A stretch of DNA of 30,047 nt from a virus (IMGVR_UViG_3300027586_000030:1-30047), one strand, 5' to 3'. Counted from the stretch's first letter, positions 1 through 7,566 are shown. Notes: generated by a model not told the origin, from the letters alone. Numbers and translations are program-made.

Positions 1-85
1 CATGCGGCACTTTGCCGCCAGTCGCGGAGGTCGTGTACTCAATCGCTGACGACTGGCATTCGTAGCATTTTGTATTATCTATCAT
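1..85 (-). CDS. Hypothetical protein, N-terminal part (truncated by window edge)
   Basis: ATG at 85, 7 nt after the stop of 93..353; reads MIDNTKCYECQSSAIEY... with a CxxC. Confidence 0.45.
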   Translation of the reverse strand, partial: MIDNTKCYECQSSAIEYTTSATGGKVPH

Positions 86-92
86 TTCAAAC

Positions 93-353
93 TCAAACTA
101 TGTCTCTGTTTGACTCAAGTGCGCCGTCGAGACACAGTCTTCCTGTGGGAGCGTCTTGGTTTATGTTTCCCCAAACAGTTACCCATACGCTTCCTTCGTG
201 ATACTCGATGCCTATTGGAGCGCCAGAACCGCTTTCGCTGTAGTAGTCTCCATAGCCGTCTACTTGCACGTAAATGCTGTTGCCTGAAAACTCTACGGCG
301 CAAGAAACTGTTTTACCGCTTTCACGATCTTTCAACTCATATTGTTGGGCCAT
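93..353 (-). CDS. Hypothetical protein (MAQQYELKDRESGK...)
   Basis: SD AGGAGAGG upstream of ATG 353; the longer ORF-track extension only translates tandem repeats. Confidence 0.75.
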   Translation of the reverse strand: MAQQYELKDRESGKTVSCAVEFSGNSIYVQVDGYGDYYSESGSGAPIGIEYHEGSVWVTVWGNINQDAPTGRLCLDGALESNRDIV

Positions 354-367
354 GCTTATTCCTCTCC

Positions 368-466
368 TGTGGGTACGGTTGTGGGTACGGTTGTGGGTAC
401 GGTTGTCAGTACCGCAGTGACTGTTGTCAGTACCGCAGTGACTGCTGTGAGTACCGCAGTCTGCTG
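368..466. repeat. Tandem repeats: 3 x 12 bp TGTGGGTACGGT, then about 3 x 21 bp TGTCAGTACCGCAGTGACTGY
   Basis: Read directly: 12-mers at 368-403; 21-mers at 404, 425 and a degenerate copy at 446. Confidence 0.9.
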
Positions 467-604
467 GGTTCTGCAAAGCGCGCAAAACAACAACGCGCAA
501 AAATGCGAGAATACTGCCGGCAAAATTGGCAGATATGTGAGTTTTAGGCCGAGATACTGCAAAAACCGAATTTATGGCAATGGCAAAGCCACTAAAAACT
601 GCGG

Positions 605-633
605 CGTAAGTCGTTGCCCGCAAACACGTTGCG
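605..633. repeat. Imperfect 11-7-11 palindrome, copy 1
   Basis: CGTAAGTCGTT-GCCCGCA-AACACGTTGCG. Confidence 0.7.
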
Positions 634-677
634 CTAACCGCAAAGAAATATCATGATCACGTTGGGCTTACCTTGTA

Positions 678-698
678 GTAGTCCTGTACCAGGACTAC
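678..698. repeat. Perfect 9-bp inverted repeat
   Basis: GTAGTCCTG-TAC-CAGGACTAC. Confidence 0.7.
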
Positions 699-764
699 AT
701 GCGGATAATTTCTAGTAGATTTAATTTTCTGCAATCGGGTAAAGTTTGCATTCTTTTCAGCTTT

Positions 765-793
765 CGTAAGTGCTGCCAAGCACAGGACTTACG
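765..793. repeat. Imperfect 11-7-11 palindrome, copy 2
   Basis: CGTAAGTGCTG-CCAAGCA-CAGGACTTACG (1 mismatch between arms). Confidence 0.8.
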
Positions 794-848
794 AGCAAGG
801 CTATAGTTTCGTGTTTCGCGAAAATCGAAAGCTTGTGATTGCGCGAAT

Positions 849-877
849 CGTAAGTCGTTTCTAAGACACGATTTACG
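849..877. repeat. Imperfect 11-7-11 palindrome, copy 3
   Basis: CGTAAGTCGTT-TCTAAGA-CACGATTTACG (2 mismatches between arms). Confidence 0.8.
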
Positions 878-888
878 TAATATTTGGA

Positions 889-1167
889 TCACCTGCGTTC
901 CGATTTGTTTCTGCGTTTTTGGGCTTCATGAAACTTGACCACTGCGTCAGCTGCTTGTTGCGACTCTGCTTGGCTGTAGCCTTCTTGCCGAAAACGTTCT
1001 GTAGCGTAGCGGTGATTAAAACTGGTCGGATCAGGCTGGTACGTCGTTGTGCCCCCAGTTGGCTCTACGGCTGTGCGTACGATCGTCATGAGGACAGCCA
1101 GAATAAAAATAGCTGCCGCCAATACGCCAAAGCTGTTGTACTTTGGTGGCTCTATATTTGGGCTCAT
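889..1167 (-). CDS. Small single-pass membrane protein
   Basis: SD AAGGAG; hydrophobic segment FGVLAAAIFILAVLMTIV. Confidence 0.8.
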   Translation of the reverse strand: MSPNIEPPKYNSFGVLAAAIFILAVLMTIVRTAVEPTGGTTTYQPDPTSFNHRYATERFRQEGYSQAESQQAADAVVKFHEAQKRRNKSERR

Positions 1168-1216
1168 ATTGTCTCCTTTGCTTTAAGTGAAGTGTCCGCG
1201 CCCTAGTCTATAACGT

Positions 1217-1486
1217 TTAAGCTACCGTATCTTGATCTACGTGCAAGCCGTTTACAGCTTCGCACATACTCGCAATTGTATCGCCGAAAATAAATACATT
1301 GTCTCTGTTACCGTGCTCAGTGATTTTGAAAGACCAGTCGCCGCTGTTGCTCATCCACTCCCACACGTCCTGCATAGTGACGGCGCTATACATAACCATG
1401 TAGCATTCGTCACTACCGTCGTCCGAGTACGGGTCCGAGAGCAATATATCAAACCGGTCAATTTTCCGCGTCGTGTAGTTTGCCAT
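1217..1486 (-). CDS. Hypothetical protein
   Basis: ATG start; fits the minus-strand gene tiling. Confidence 0.7.
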   Translation of the reverse strand: MANYTTRKIDRFDILLSDPYSDDGSDECYMVMYSAVTMQDVWEWMSNSGDWSFKITEHGNRDNVFIFGDTIASMCEAVNGLHVDQDTVA

Positions 1487-1498
1487 GGTTTTCTTTCT

Positions 1499-1699
1499 TC
1501 ATGTAGCAGCGGGCGAGCGAGCAAGCGTTTTGACGTTGACGATCTGCCAATTTCCGTTTCGGATGGTTCTGCTGTGGTCACAACCCCATAGGGGATAATC
1601 GTCCACAAATTTTTGCGCGTCGGCTTCTGTGGCGTATTGGATCGTTGTCATTGGTATCCAATCCCGGCATACTTTATCAAAAATATAAATTTTATACAC
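1499..1699 (-). CDS. Hypothetical protein
   Basis: GTG 1 nt after the upstream stop, with AGGAG upstream. Confidence 0.65.
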   Translation of the reverse strand: MYKIYIFDKVCRDWIPMTTIQYATEADAQKFVDDYPLWGCDHSRTIRNGNWQIVNVKTLARSPAAT

Positions 1700-1700
1700 G

Positions 1701-1934
1701 TTAAACTCCTACCGGCTTGATCTTCGATATGTCTGGTACGTAGCCGCAGGCTTCTTTTGCCTCTGGATAGCCGGCTTCTCGCAGCGCAGACTTGATGCGG
1801 CGCTCGATAATTGAGCATTCCATACAGATTGTCTCGTCTGTGAACCAGCTCAACGTCCGGATGGCCAAATCGTTGGCGCACCGGTCGCATTTCTTCGTGG
1901 TAAAGAATTCGCGGCTCGTTGCTTCGTGTGTCAT
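1701..1934 (-). CDS. Small Cys-rich (CxxC...CxxC) phage protein
   Basis: FFTTKKCDRC...TICMEC...CGYVP resembles a recurring small phage/MGE zinc-binding family. Confidence 0.75.
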   Translation of the reverse strand: MTHEATSREFFTTKKCDRCANDLAIRTLSWFTDETICMECSIIERRIKSALREAGYPEAKEACGYVPDISKIKPVGV

Positions 1935-1987
1935 GTTTGTTTCTTTCTGTGTGATTTAAACTGCGGTCATAGATATCTTTACCCTGG

Positions 1988-2368
1988 CTAGCTCAGGCTG
2001 CTTACGCCTATAAACCCAGCAAAGTTGTTGTCATAGCGATAGTGCGGTATCTCACACCGTTTTCTTCTGCCGCCCACACAACGCGCTGCGCGTTCATTGG
2101 GCGTCCAGCTAGCTTTAATTTCAGCCTTGCGGGCGGCTATAGCCGCCTGTTCTTCTGCGTCTGGTTCTTCAGCTTTGGCTTCACGAGCAGGCCTTGAGCC
2201 AAACCGCTTGTGCCGCCGGACAAGCTTGTAATGGGCTACAAGCGCCTGCAGCTGATACCGGGTTAAACCTATTTCGCCTAAAATATCTGTAACGGATAGC
2301 TCGCGGTTGTTCCATAACTGACTTAGCTGCTTGCGGCTTACTTTCTCTACTAACAACGATACTTGCAT
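1988..2368 (-). CDS. Hypothetical protein, possible HTH plus planctomycete-type motif
   Basis: SD GGAG before ATG 2368; LSVTDILGEIGLTRYQLQAL is HTH-like; EPDAEEQAAIAARKAEIKASWTPNERAAR resembles a motif recalled from planctomycete proteins. Confidence 0.7.
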   Translation of the reverse strand: MQVSLLVEKVSRKQLSQLWNNRELSVTDILGEIGLTRYQLQALVAHYKLVRRHKRFGSRPAREAKAEEPDAEEQAAIAARKAEIKASWTPNERAARCVGGRRKRCEIPHYRYDNNFAGFIGVSSLS

Positions 2369-2458
2369 GCGTCTCTCCATGACATAAGAACAAGCCAATA
2401 ATAATTATTGGCCGTGCGGCAAGCATATTCCAAGCACACGCTTTGTGGAAAGAGCCGC

Positions 2459-2701
2459 TCATGAAACGCGCTCGCTGCTGTCGATAACGCGCCAGCCGAT
2501 TTTGGCAAACACTATTTTCGTCGCCTCAAAATCGCCTTGCGCTGCGTCACTGGTGCCTTTGGTCGGTATAAGCGTCAGCGTCTTGGCTTGCTTGTTCACT
2601 CGGAACATTGCGCCCGACCTAGGAATGGCCCACACCGCGCCATCAGCGAGCATATTTACAAGCCCGCGGCACCACTCGAGCGTTTCCTCTGACGGGTCCA
2701 T
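2459..2701 (-). CDS. Hypothetical protein (MDPSEETLEW...)
   Basis: ATG 7 nt after the stop of 2709..3218; globular composition. Confidence 0.7.
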   Translation of the reverse strand: MDPSEETLEWCRGLVNMLADGAVWAIPRSGAMFRVNKQAKTLTLIPTKGTSDAAQGDFEATKIVFAKIGWRVIDSSERVS

Positions 2702-2708
2702 TGGGTCA

Positions 2709-3218
2709 TCAAGCGTGCTTTTGTCTGCGCGCCGATTTCCTGCTCTTCTGACCATTGAGCTTGCCTCCTGTTTTCTTTTTTGTAGCGGGTTTAGGTTTTG
2801 GCCCGACAGGGCCCAAGACATTGCCCGCAACATTGCCGCCGACATAGCCAGCGACATTGCCCTCGACATTGCCGGTAACATTGCCCCTGACGTTGCCGAC
2901 ATTGCCGCTGACGTAACCCACATTGCCGCTGACGTAACCCACATTGTCGCAGCTTTTGACATTGCCGCCGACGAAGACGACATCGCGCCAGACACCGGTC
3001 ACGACACTGCCACCGACAGTGCCGACATTGCCCAAGACACAGCCTTCGACATTGCCGCCGATATTGCCGGCTATATCGCCCTTGACCGAGCCGCCGACAT
3101 TGCCCAAAACATGGCCTCGGATATTTTTCAAGACGTCTTGAACGCACCAATCGCCGTTTTGGTCATTATGAAAAGATACAAGTTTTAATACGTCTTTAAG
3201 CGTTATTGGTTTGAACAT
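2709..3218 (-). CDS. G-[DN]-V-x repeat beta-solenoid protein (bactofilin-like), paralogue 4
   Basis: N-terminal PITLKDVLKLVSF...GDWCVQDV, tetrapeptide repeats, basic tail; TAATG coupling with the upstream gene. Confidence 0.8.
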   Translation of the reverse strand: MFKPITLKDVLKLVSFHNDQNGDWCVQDVLKNIRGHVLGNVGGSVKGDIAGNIGGNVEGCVLGNVGTVGGSVVTGVWRDVVFVGGNVKSCDNVGYVSGNVGYVSGNVGNVRGNVTGNVEGNVAGYVGGNVAGNVLGPVGPKPKPATKKKTGGKLNGQKSRKSARRQKHA

Positions 3219-3643
3219 TATTTGCCCCTTGTTTTCTTTTTTATAAGGGATTTGGTTCTTGGCCCGACTCTGCCTTTGACGCCAAGGTAAACATTGCCTA
3301 AAACACGGCCCAAGATATGGCCCCGGACATCGCCAAAAACACAGCCCTTGACGTCGCCGTTGACGTCGCCGTTAATATCGCCATCAACAGTGCCGCCGAT
3401 ATCGCCATCGACCTTGCCTTCAACACCGAATTCTTCGACATTGCCGCAGATGCCGCCGACATTGCCGCTGACAATCCCGCAAACATTGCCGTAGACATCG
3501 CCATCGACGTCGCCAACAATGTTGCCCTCGATATCGCCAGCGACATCGCTCCTGACGTTTTTAACGCTCCACTGACCGCTGTCGGGGTCTTTATAAAAAG
3601 ACACGAGCTTTAATACTTCTTCCATCGTTATTGGCTCAGACAT
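3218..3643 (-). CDS. G-[DN]-V-x repeat beta-solenoid protein, paralogue 3
   Basis: SD AAGGAGG; MSEPITMEEVLKLVSF; repeats; tail KSLIKKKTRGK. Confidence 0.8.
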   Translation of the reverse strand: MSEPITMEEVLKLVSFYKDPDSGQWSVKNVRSDVAGDIEGNIVGDVDGDVYGNVCGIVSGNVGGICGNVEEFGVEGKVDGDIGGTVDGDINGDVNGDVKGCVFGDVRGHILGRVLGNVYLGVKGRVGPRTKSLIKKKTRGK

Positions 3644-3654
3644 CGTTTCCTCCT
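3596..3654. repeat. 59-bp exact direct repeat, copy 1 (RBS plus first codons)
   Basis: Identical to 4116-4174. Confidence 0.95.
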
Positions 3655-3656
3655 TG

Positions 3657-4163
3657 TTAATTAGCGCCATATGGAAAGAACATGATGCTTCCTTTTTTTG
3701 CAGGCTCTGGCGCTGGTTTGGCAAGACCCAGGACACTGCCGCTGATACTGCCCAAAACACTGCCCGCAACATTGCCTTCGACATCGCCTTCGACATTGCC
3801 GCCGACACCGCTAACATTGCCCAAAACACTGCCCTCAACATCGCCTTCGACATTGCCGCCGACACAGCCCCCGACATCGCCGCTGACATCGCCGCTGATA
3901 CTGCCATCGACATTACCTTCGACGCTGCCCCCGACATCGCCCTCGACAGTGCCTTTGACATCGCCCTTAACATCGCCTTCAATATTGCCGTCAACATTAC
4001 CGCAGACATCGCCCGCGATATTGCCGCAGACATCGCCATCAATATCGCCTTCGACGTCGCCTGCGATATCGCCTTTGACGTCTTGAACGCACCACTGATC
4101 TTCGTAGTCTTTGTCAAAAGACACGAGCTTTAATACTTCTTCCATCGTTATTGGCTCAGACAT
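3657..4163 (-). CDS. G-[DN]-V-x repeat beta-solenoid protein, paralogue 2
   Basis: SD AGGAGG; MSEPITMEEVLKLVSF; long run of GDV/GNV/GSV units. Confidence 0.8.
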   Translation of the reverse strand: MSEPITMEEVLKLVSFDKDYEDQWCVQDVKGDIAGDVEGDIDGDVCGNIAGDVCGNVDGNIEGDVKGDVKGTVEGDVGGSVEGNVDGSISGDVSGDVGGCVGGNVEGDVEGSVLGNVSGVGGNVEGDVEGNVAGSVLGSISGSVLGLAKPAPEPAKKGSIMFFPYGAN

Positions 4164-4174
4164 CGTTTCCTCCT
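4116..4174. repeat. 59-bp exact direct repeat, copy 2
   Basis: Identical to 3596-3654. Confidence 0.95.
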
Positions 4175-4179
4175 GTTTA

Positions 4180-4398
4180 CTATGGCGAATATCCACCCGC
4201 GCATTTAAAACACGGTGTATTTTTAGGCCAGTGTAGGTTTTCCCACAGTTTATTGCACTCAGGGCATATCTCGTATCCGCCGCAAGAATTACAGCACGTT
4301 ACGTTTCCTTTTGTCGGATGTATCCATGCGCGTTTAATTTCTTCTGCGGCGTTACACGGTTTTTTGCAGTAGTGGCAATTAGTTAATAATTTGATCAT
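4180..4398 (-). CDS. Small multi-CxxC zinc-finger protein
   Basis: CHYC, CNSC, CPEC, CFKC; TAATG coupling. Confidence 0.75.
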   Translation of the reverse strand: MIKLLTNCHYCKKPCNAAEEIKRAWIHPTKGNVTCCNSCGGYEICPECNKLWENLHWPKNTPCFKCAGGYSP

Positions 4399-4901
4399 TA
4401 CGGTATTACGCTGTTGTTCCGGTGGTCACGGTTTTTTTGGTCGCCTTCGCTTATGCGGCCGAGCGGGCCGCGGCCGACACTGCCCCCTAGGCGGCCGCCA
4501 ACATTGCCGGCTATATCGCCCCTGACCGAGCCGCCGACATTGCCGCCGATATTGCCGTCAATGTGGCCCCAGACGTTTCCACCAATATTGCCAACGACAC
4601 TCCCCCGGACACTGCCCCGGACATCGTTGTCGACGTTGCCGCAGACGCCGCCATTGACGTCGCCCCGGACGTAACCAAAGACATTGCCCCCAACGTCGCC
4701 ATAGACGTTGGCCCCGATATTACCAATGACGCTACCCACAACGCCGCCGTCGACATTGCCCCTGACACCGTGGCGGACACTGCCGCCGACATGGCCGCAA
4801 ACGTTGCCGTGAACGGCGTCAATCTGCCAGCTGCCATCGACGTCTTGTTTGACCGATACGAGAGCCAGGATTTCGTCCATAGATATCTTTGTTGGTTCCA
4901 T
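4398..4901 (-). CDS. G-[DN]-V-x repeat beta-solenoid protein, paralogue 1
   Basis: SD AGGAG before ATG 4901 (alternative start 4919); KISMDEILALVSV...GSWQIDAV, then repeats. Confidence 0.8.
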   Translation of the reverse strand: MEPTKISMDEILALVSVKQDVDGSWQIDAVHGNVCGHVGGSVRHGVRGNVDGGVVGSVIGNIGANVYGDVGGNVFGYVRGDVNGGVCGNVDNDVRGSVRGSVVGNIGGNVWGHIDGNIGGNVGGSVRGDIAGNVGGRLGGSVGRGPLGRISEGDQKNRDHRNNSVIP

Positions 4902-4915
4902 ATCTTCTCCTGTTG

Positions 4916-5197
4916 TCATTCGTCTTCTTCTTTTTCTTCATCAGCCACCCACAGCCAGCCTTGCACGTACGCGCCGTCTTCGCTCATGCTGACAGCGGCG
5001 TCATCGTCGATCTCGATTTCGCCGTCGTCGCCGTATAGGGCGTCTGCGCGTTGAATATACGTCCACCCTTGGCGCGATTCTTCAAGCGCGCCAACGGCTT
5101 GCTTATACAAGCTCGTGCCGGGCTTAATCTGATCTAGTTCGTTTTCAGATATCCGAATGCGCGTGGCTATCACAGTTGGTTGGACCGTTTTACTCAT
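4916..5197 (-). CDS. Hypothetical phage protein
   Basis: SD GAGG; C-terminal GEIEIDDDAAVSMSEDGAYVQGWLWV resembles a recurring phage/MGE motif. Confidence 0.75.
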   Translation of the reverse strand: MSKTVQPTVIATRIRISENELDQIKPGTSLYKQAVGALEESRQGWTYIQRADALYGDDGEIEIDDDAAVSMSEDGAYVQGWLWVADEEKEEDE

Positions 5198-5609
5198 CGT
5201 GTTTTTCCTCGTATGCTTCTGCCGTTTGCTTTTCTTGCATTGCTGCAGCAGCCTTGGTGATTTCGTCTCGAATAACTGTTTCTTCATCTTTGGGCACATT
5301 ATCGGTCAAGGCAGCCAGTTCGGTAACGCGCGGCAGCTTGTTAAAATACTCAAACGACATATCAAGCATCATCCAGGTGTGCTCAGGGCCGGCGTAAATG
5401 CTGCACCGCATATGGGGGTCAGCAAGCTTGCCGCCAATATGCTCGTGCACCATTATGGGCGTGACAATGTATATCGTGTCCTCGGGCAAGGTTGCGACTG
5501 CTACGGGGTCAAGCGTCCGGTTATAGCCCACGTGAATCGAGTTATTGTTGACGCGCGTGAGGCCGGGCTTCGTAATGCAACGCACGTTTTTGTCGGTGCT
5601 TGTGATCAT
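5190..5609 (-). CDS. Hypothetical protein
   Basis: AAGGA before ATG 5609; start uncertain. Confidence 0.65.
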   Translation of the reverse strand: MITSTDKNVRCITKPGLTRVNNNSIHVGYNRTLDPVAVATLPEDTIYIVTPIMVHEHIGGKLADPHMRCSIYAGPEHTWMMLDMSFEYFNKLPRVTELAALTDNVPKDEETVIRDEITKAAAAMQEKQTAEAYEEKHDE

Positions 5610-5631
5610 CAAACTAATCCTTTTCTTTGCG

Positions 5632-6054
5632 TCAGCTACGACTCGCCTTGCGGCGGGGCTTTGTTGACTTGGTGAATCTAATCGCAAACTCTGTTGGTGT
5701 AACCCGCAGTTCTAAGTTACGAAACTGGTCGCACATATTGACCATGTCAGGTGTTATCTCAATCGTTTCGACAAAGTCGTTTCCGCCGACAAGCTCTTTG
5801 CTTTTTTCGTACCAATCGTCAAACTCTGCTTTGGCGGGGTCGCAGCCCTCGGCGTACACCACGTAGCTGCCCGAGTTATCGACTGTATCTCTCGGAATAC
5901 CGTTGCTCATCATGTAGATGCCTTGGTCATGCACAAACTGGAGCGCTGGCACGCGAGCTGCTTCGTTGTCGTAGCCCATGTTCCAATCGGGGGCAGCGAG
6001 CGCGTGCTGCAAGCAGCGTTTAATTTCTGCTGTTTTAAATACACATATACCCAT
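5632..6054 (-). CDS. DUF3085-like protein
   Basis: LQFVHDQGIYMMSN...VVYAEGCDP...DWY...VGGNDFVE matches the recalled DUF3085 signature. Confidence 0.8.
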   Translation of the reverse strand: MGICVFKTAEIKRCLQHALAAPDWNMGYDNEAARVPALQFVHDQGIYMMSNGIPRDTVDNSGSYVVYAEGCDPAKAEFDDWYEKSKELVGGNDFVETIEITPDMVNMCDQFRNLELRVTPTEFAIRFTKSTKPRRKASRS

Positions 6055-6071
6055 GAGAGGCCTTTCTTAAC

Positions 6072-6545
6072 TTAAAGATTTGTAATCGTGTGCGTCGCTG
6101 AGAGGACGTGCATCGGCCACCGCGAGATATTGATTTCGCCGGTTTCTGCGTTGACAACTATATTGCCGGTGCACTGGACTTCTGGCAGCACTGGGCGGCT
6201 GACTAAACTTAAACAGTTGCTTACAAAATCTTCTGCCGATAAAAGCCCGCGCGGTAATTGCTCTTTGTAGTTTTCTTTATTTCCCTGTTCGCAGTATTGT
6301 GAGATCCAAGTGCGAATGAAGATGTGCTCTTCGTCTTTGTGCTGGGTGTGCGGGCTGCCACTATAGACAACAGCAGAGACTTCGCGGGCCTCGTCGTCTG
6401 GAAAATCTGCGTGTCGCGAGACGCTATAACACGTCCAGTCGTACTCGACGCGTAAAGCCGCTGCGCCTGACCGGCGTAGCCGCTGCGCAAATGATTTAAT
6501 GCTTGCAAGAGTTTGTTGTTCTCGCGTTAACTTTTTCTTTGCCAT
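6072..6545 (-). CDS. Hypothetical protein
   Basis: SD AAGGA before MAKKKLTREQQ. Confidence 0.7.
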   Translation of the reverse strand: MAKKKLTREQQTLASIKSFAQRLRRSGAAALRVEYDWTCYSVSRHADFPDDEAREVSAVVYSGSPHTQHKDEEHIFIRTWISQYCEQGNKENYKEQLPRGLLSAEDFVSNCLSLVSRPVLPEVQCTGNIVVNAETGEINISRWPMHVLSATHTITNL

Positions 6546-6555
6546 GTTGTTTTCC

Positions 6556-7035
6556 TTAGTAAGAAGCAAAAACGGTGCACGGCTTGTTGTGCTCGGCTTC
6601 TTGCTTTTCGGCGAGCGCGACAAAATCCCGGAACTCTTTTAGCGACTCTTCGACGTCTTTGTCTGTGCCCTTATAGACTGTGCGTTCTCGCTCTTCCACG
6701 GCTTCCTCGACGGTCATCGGGATGGTCGCGTCTCTGAGCAATTCAGGCGGACTGACAGCTTTGTCTTCCGACACACTTGAAAGCGCGGCGAACAACGCCG
6801 ACGCCATCATGTGGCCCATGTTTGGCGTATACGTCGGCTCGGTGACATGCGTGAGGCGCTCGCGCAGGATAGCCGCCGGAATCTCGGCGCGGCACGTTTC
6901 TGCCTCAAAAGCTTCGCGGAGCAAGATCCGCGTGGCATAAGGGCCGCCGTGATAGCTTTCCCGGAGATACCCAGTGGCGCCCGTCTTGGGCGCTTCTGTC
7001 TGGCCTTCCCATTCTAAATAGATATCTATTCCCAT
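6556..7035 (-). CDS. Hypothetical phage protein (MGIDIYL... type)
   Basis: MG(I/L)D(I/M)YL N-terminus and C-terminal VFASY, typical of a phage hypothetical family. Confidence 0.8.
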   Translation of the reverse strand: MGIDIYLEWEGQTEAPKTGATGYLRESYHGGPYATRILLREAFEAETCRAEIPAAILRERLTHVTEPTYTPNMGHMMASALFAALSSVSEDKAVSPPELLRDATIPMTVEEAVEERERTVYKGTDKDVEESLKEFRDFVALAEKQEAEHNKPCTVFASY

Positions 7036-7061
7036 GATTAGTTAACTACTTTCTTTGTGTT

Positions 7062-7099
7062 AAATGAAAGAGGGCGCCAAGTACGTACTTGGCGCCCTC
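7062..7099 (-). terminator. Intrinsic terminator
   Basis: Perfect 30-bp palindrome GAGGGCGCCAAGTACGTACTTGGCGCCCTC (7070-7099) followed by TTTCATTT on the minus strand, just after 7128..7430. Confidence 0.7.
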
Positions 7100-7127
7100 C
7101 GTGGCGTAACGTTATGCGTAACTTACT

Positions 7128-7430
7128 TTAGCGACGAACTGGGCGGTAGACAGTCCGTGTGCTTTTCTTCACCACTGTCCCGCCAAACAAGCGGTTCCGG
7201 CAGCTTTCGGTCTGCTCGACTTCTTCGTTGTACTTGCGTGCACAACGGCCGTTCGCACAAGCGGTCGGCTGTTCAACGCACGGCGCGAGAATAATCGGCT
7301 TATCCGCGAGGGTGGGCTGACCAATCAACACGCTTTGTGTTCCGTCGGCACTGTTGCCGGCAATAACGCAAGTTGTCATTGCAACAAACGAAACAATCAA
7401 CGCCGAAAAACAAGCTGTAAAAGCTTTCAT
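7128..7430 (-). CDS. Small secreted protein, planctomycete-like
   Basis: SD AAGGAG; signal-peptide-like N-terminus; CANGRC and RLFG/RPVRR motifs. Confidence 0.8.
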   Translation of the reverse strand: MKAFTACFSALIVSFVAMTTCVIAGNSADGTQSVLIGQPTLADKPIILAPCVEQPTACANGRCARKYNEEVEQTESCRNRLFGGTVVKKSTRTVYRPVRR

Positions 7431-7450
7431 CGCTTACTCCTTTAAAACCC

Positions 7451-7479
7451 ACAAAAAGCTGACGCATACATACGTCAGC
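7451..7479 (-). terminator. Terminator-like hairpin in the 5' leader of 7128..7430
   Basis: GCUGACGUA-UGUA-UGCGUCAGC followed by UUUUUG. Confidence 0.6.
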
Positions 7480-7537
7480 AACTGCACAGGCACCTTATGG
7501 CGTGAGCCGCAAGATGCTTGTGATCTGCGCACGGGTT

Positions 7538-7566
7538 ACGATAGCCCGCACAAATTTCTTTTGCAA
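7538..7566 (-). promoter_or_regulatory. Sigma70-like promoter
   Basis: TTGCAA-17 nt-TATCGT in intergenic DNA. Confidence 0.55.

Noticed and set aside
368-877. CRISPR mini-array
   Set aside because: The tandem repeats have no spacers; the 29-bp palindromes differ internally and are unevenly spaced (160 and 84 bp).
354-892. ORFs 93..623 extension, 110..547, 342..656, 356..562 and 695..892
   Set aside because: They translate DNA repeats and palindromes (for example RKSCLRNDLR) and have no convincing RBS.
2181-2462. 93-aa ORF with ATGA coupling
   Set aside because: It overlaps the better supported 1988..2368 gene by about 190 nt; not fully excluded.
3218-4117. 299-aa ORF suggesting a fusion or programmed frameshift
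   Set aside because: The upstream half is an off-frame reading of paralogue 2, and paralogue 3 has its own strong SD and ATG at 3643.
3596-4174. Diversity-generating retroelement TR/VR pair
   Set aside because: The repeat is exact and N-terminal, shows no adenine-specific mismatches, and no reverse transcriptase is in the window.
2445-5054. Many long overlapping ORFs in other frames and strands (DIA-, MSA-, TLP-rich)
   Set aside because: These are shadows of the 12-nt periodic repeats; only the G-D/N-V frame has SD sites, coupling and a conserved cap.
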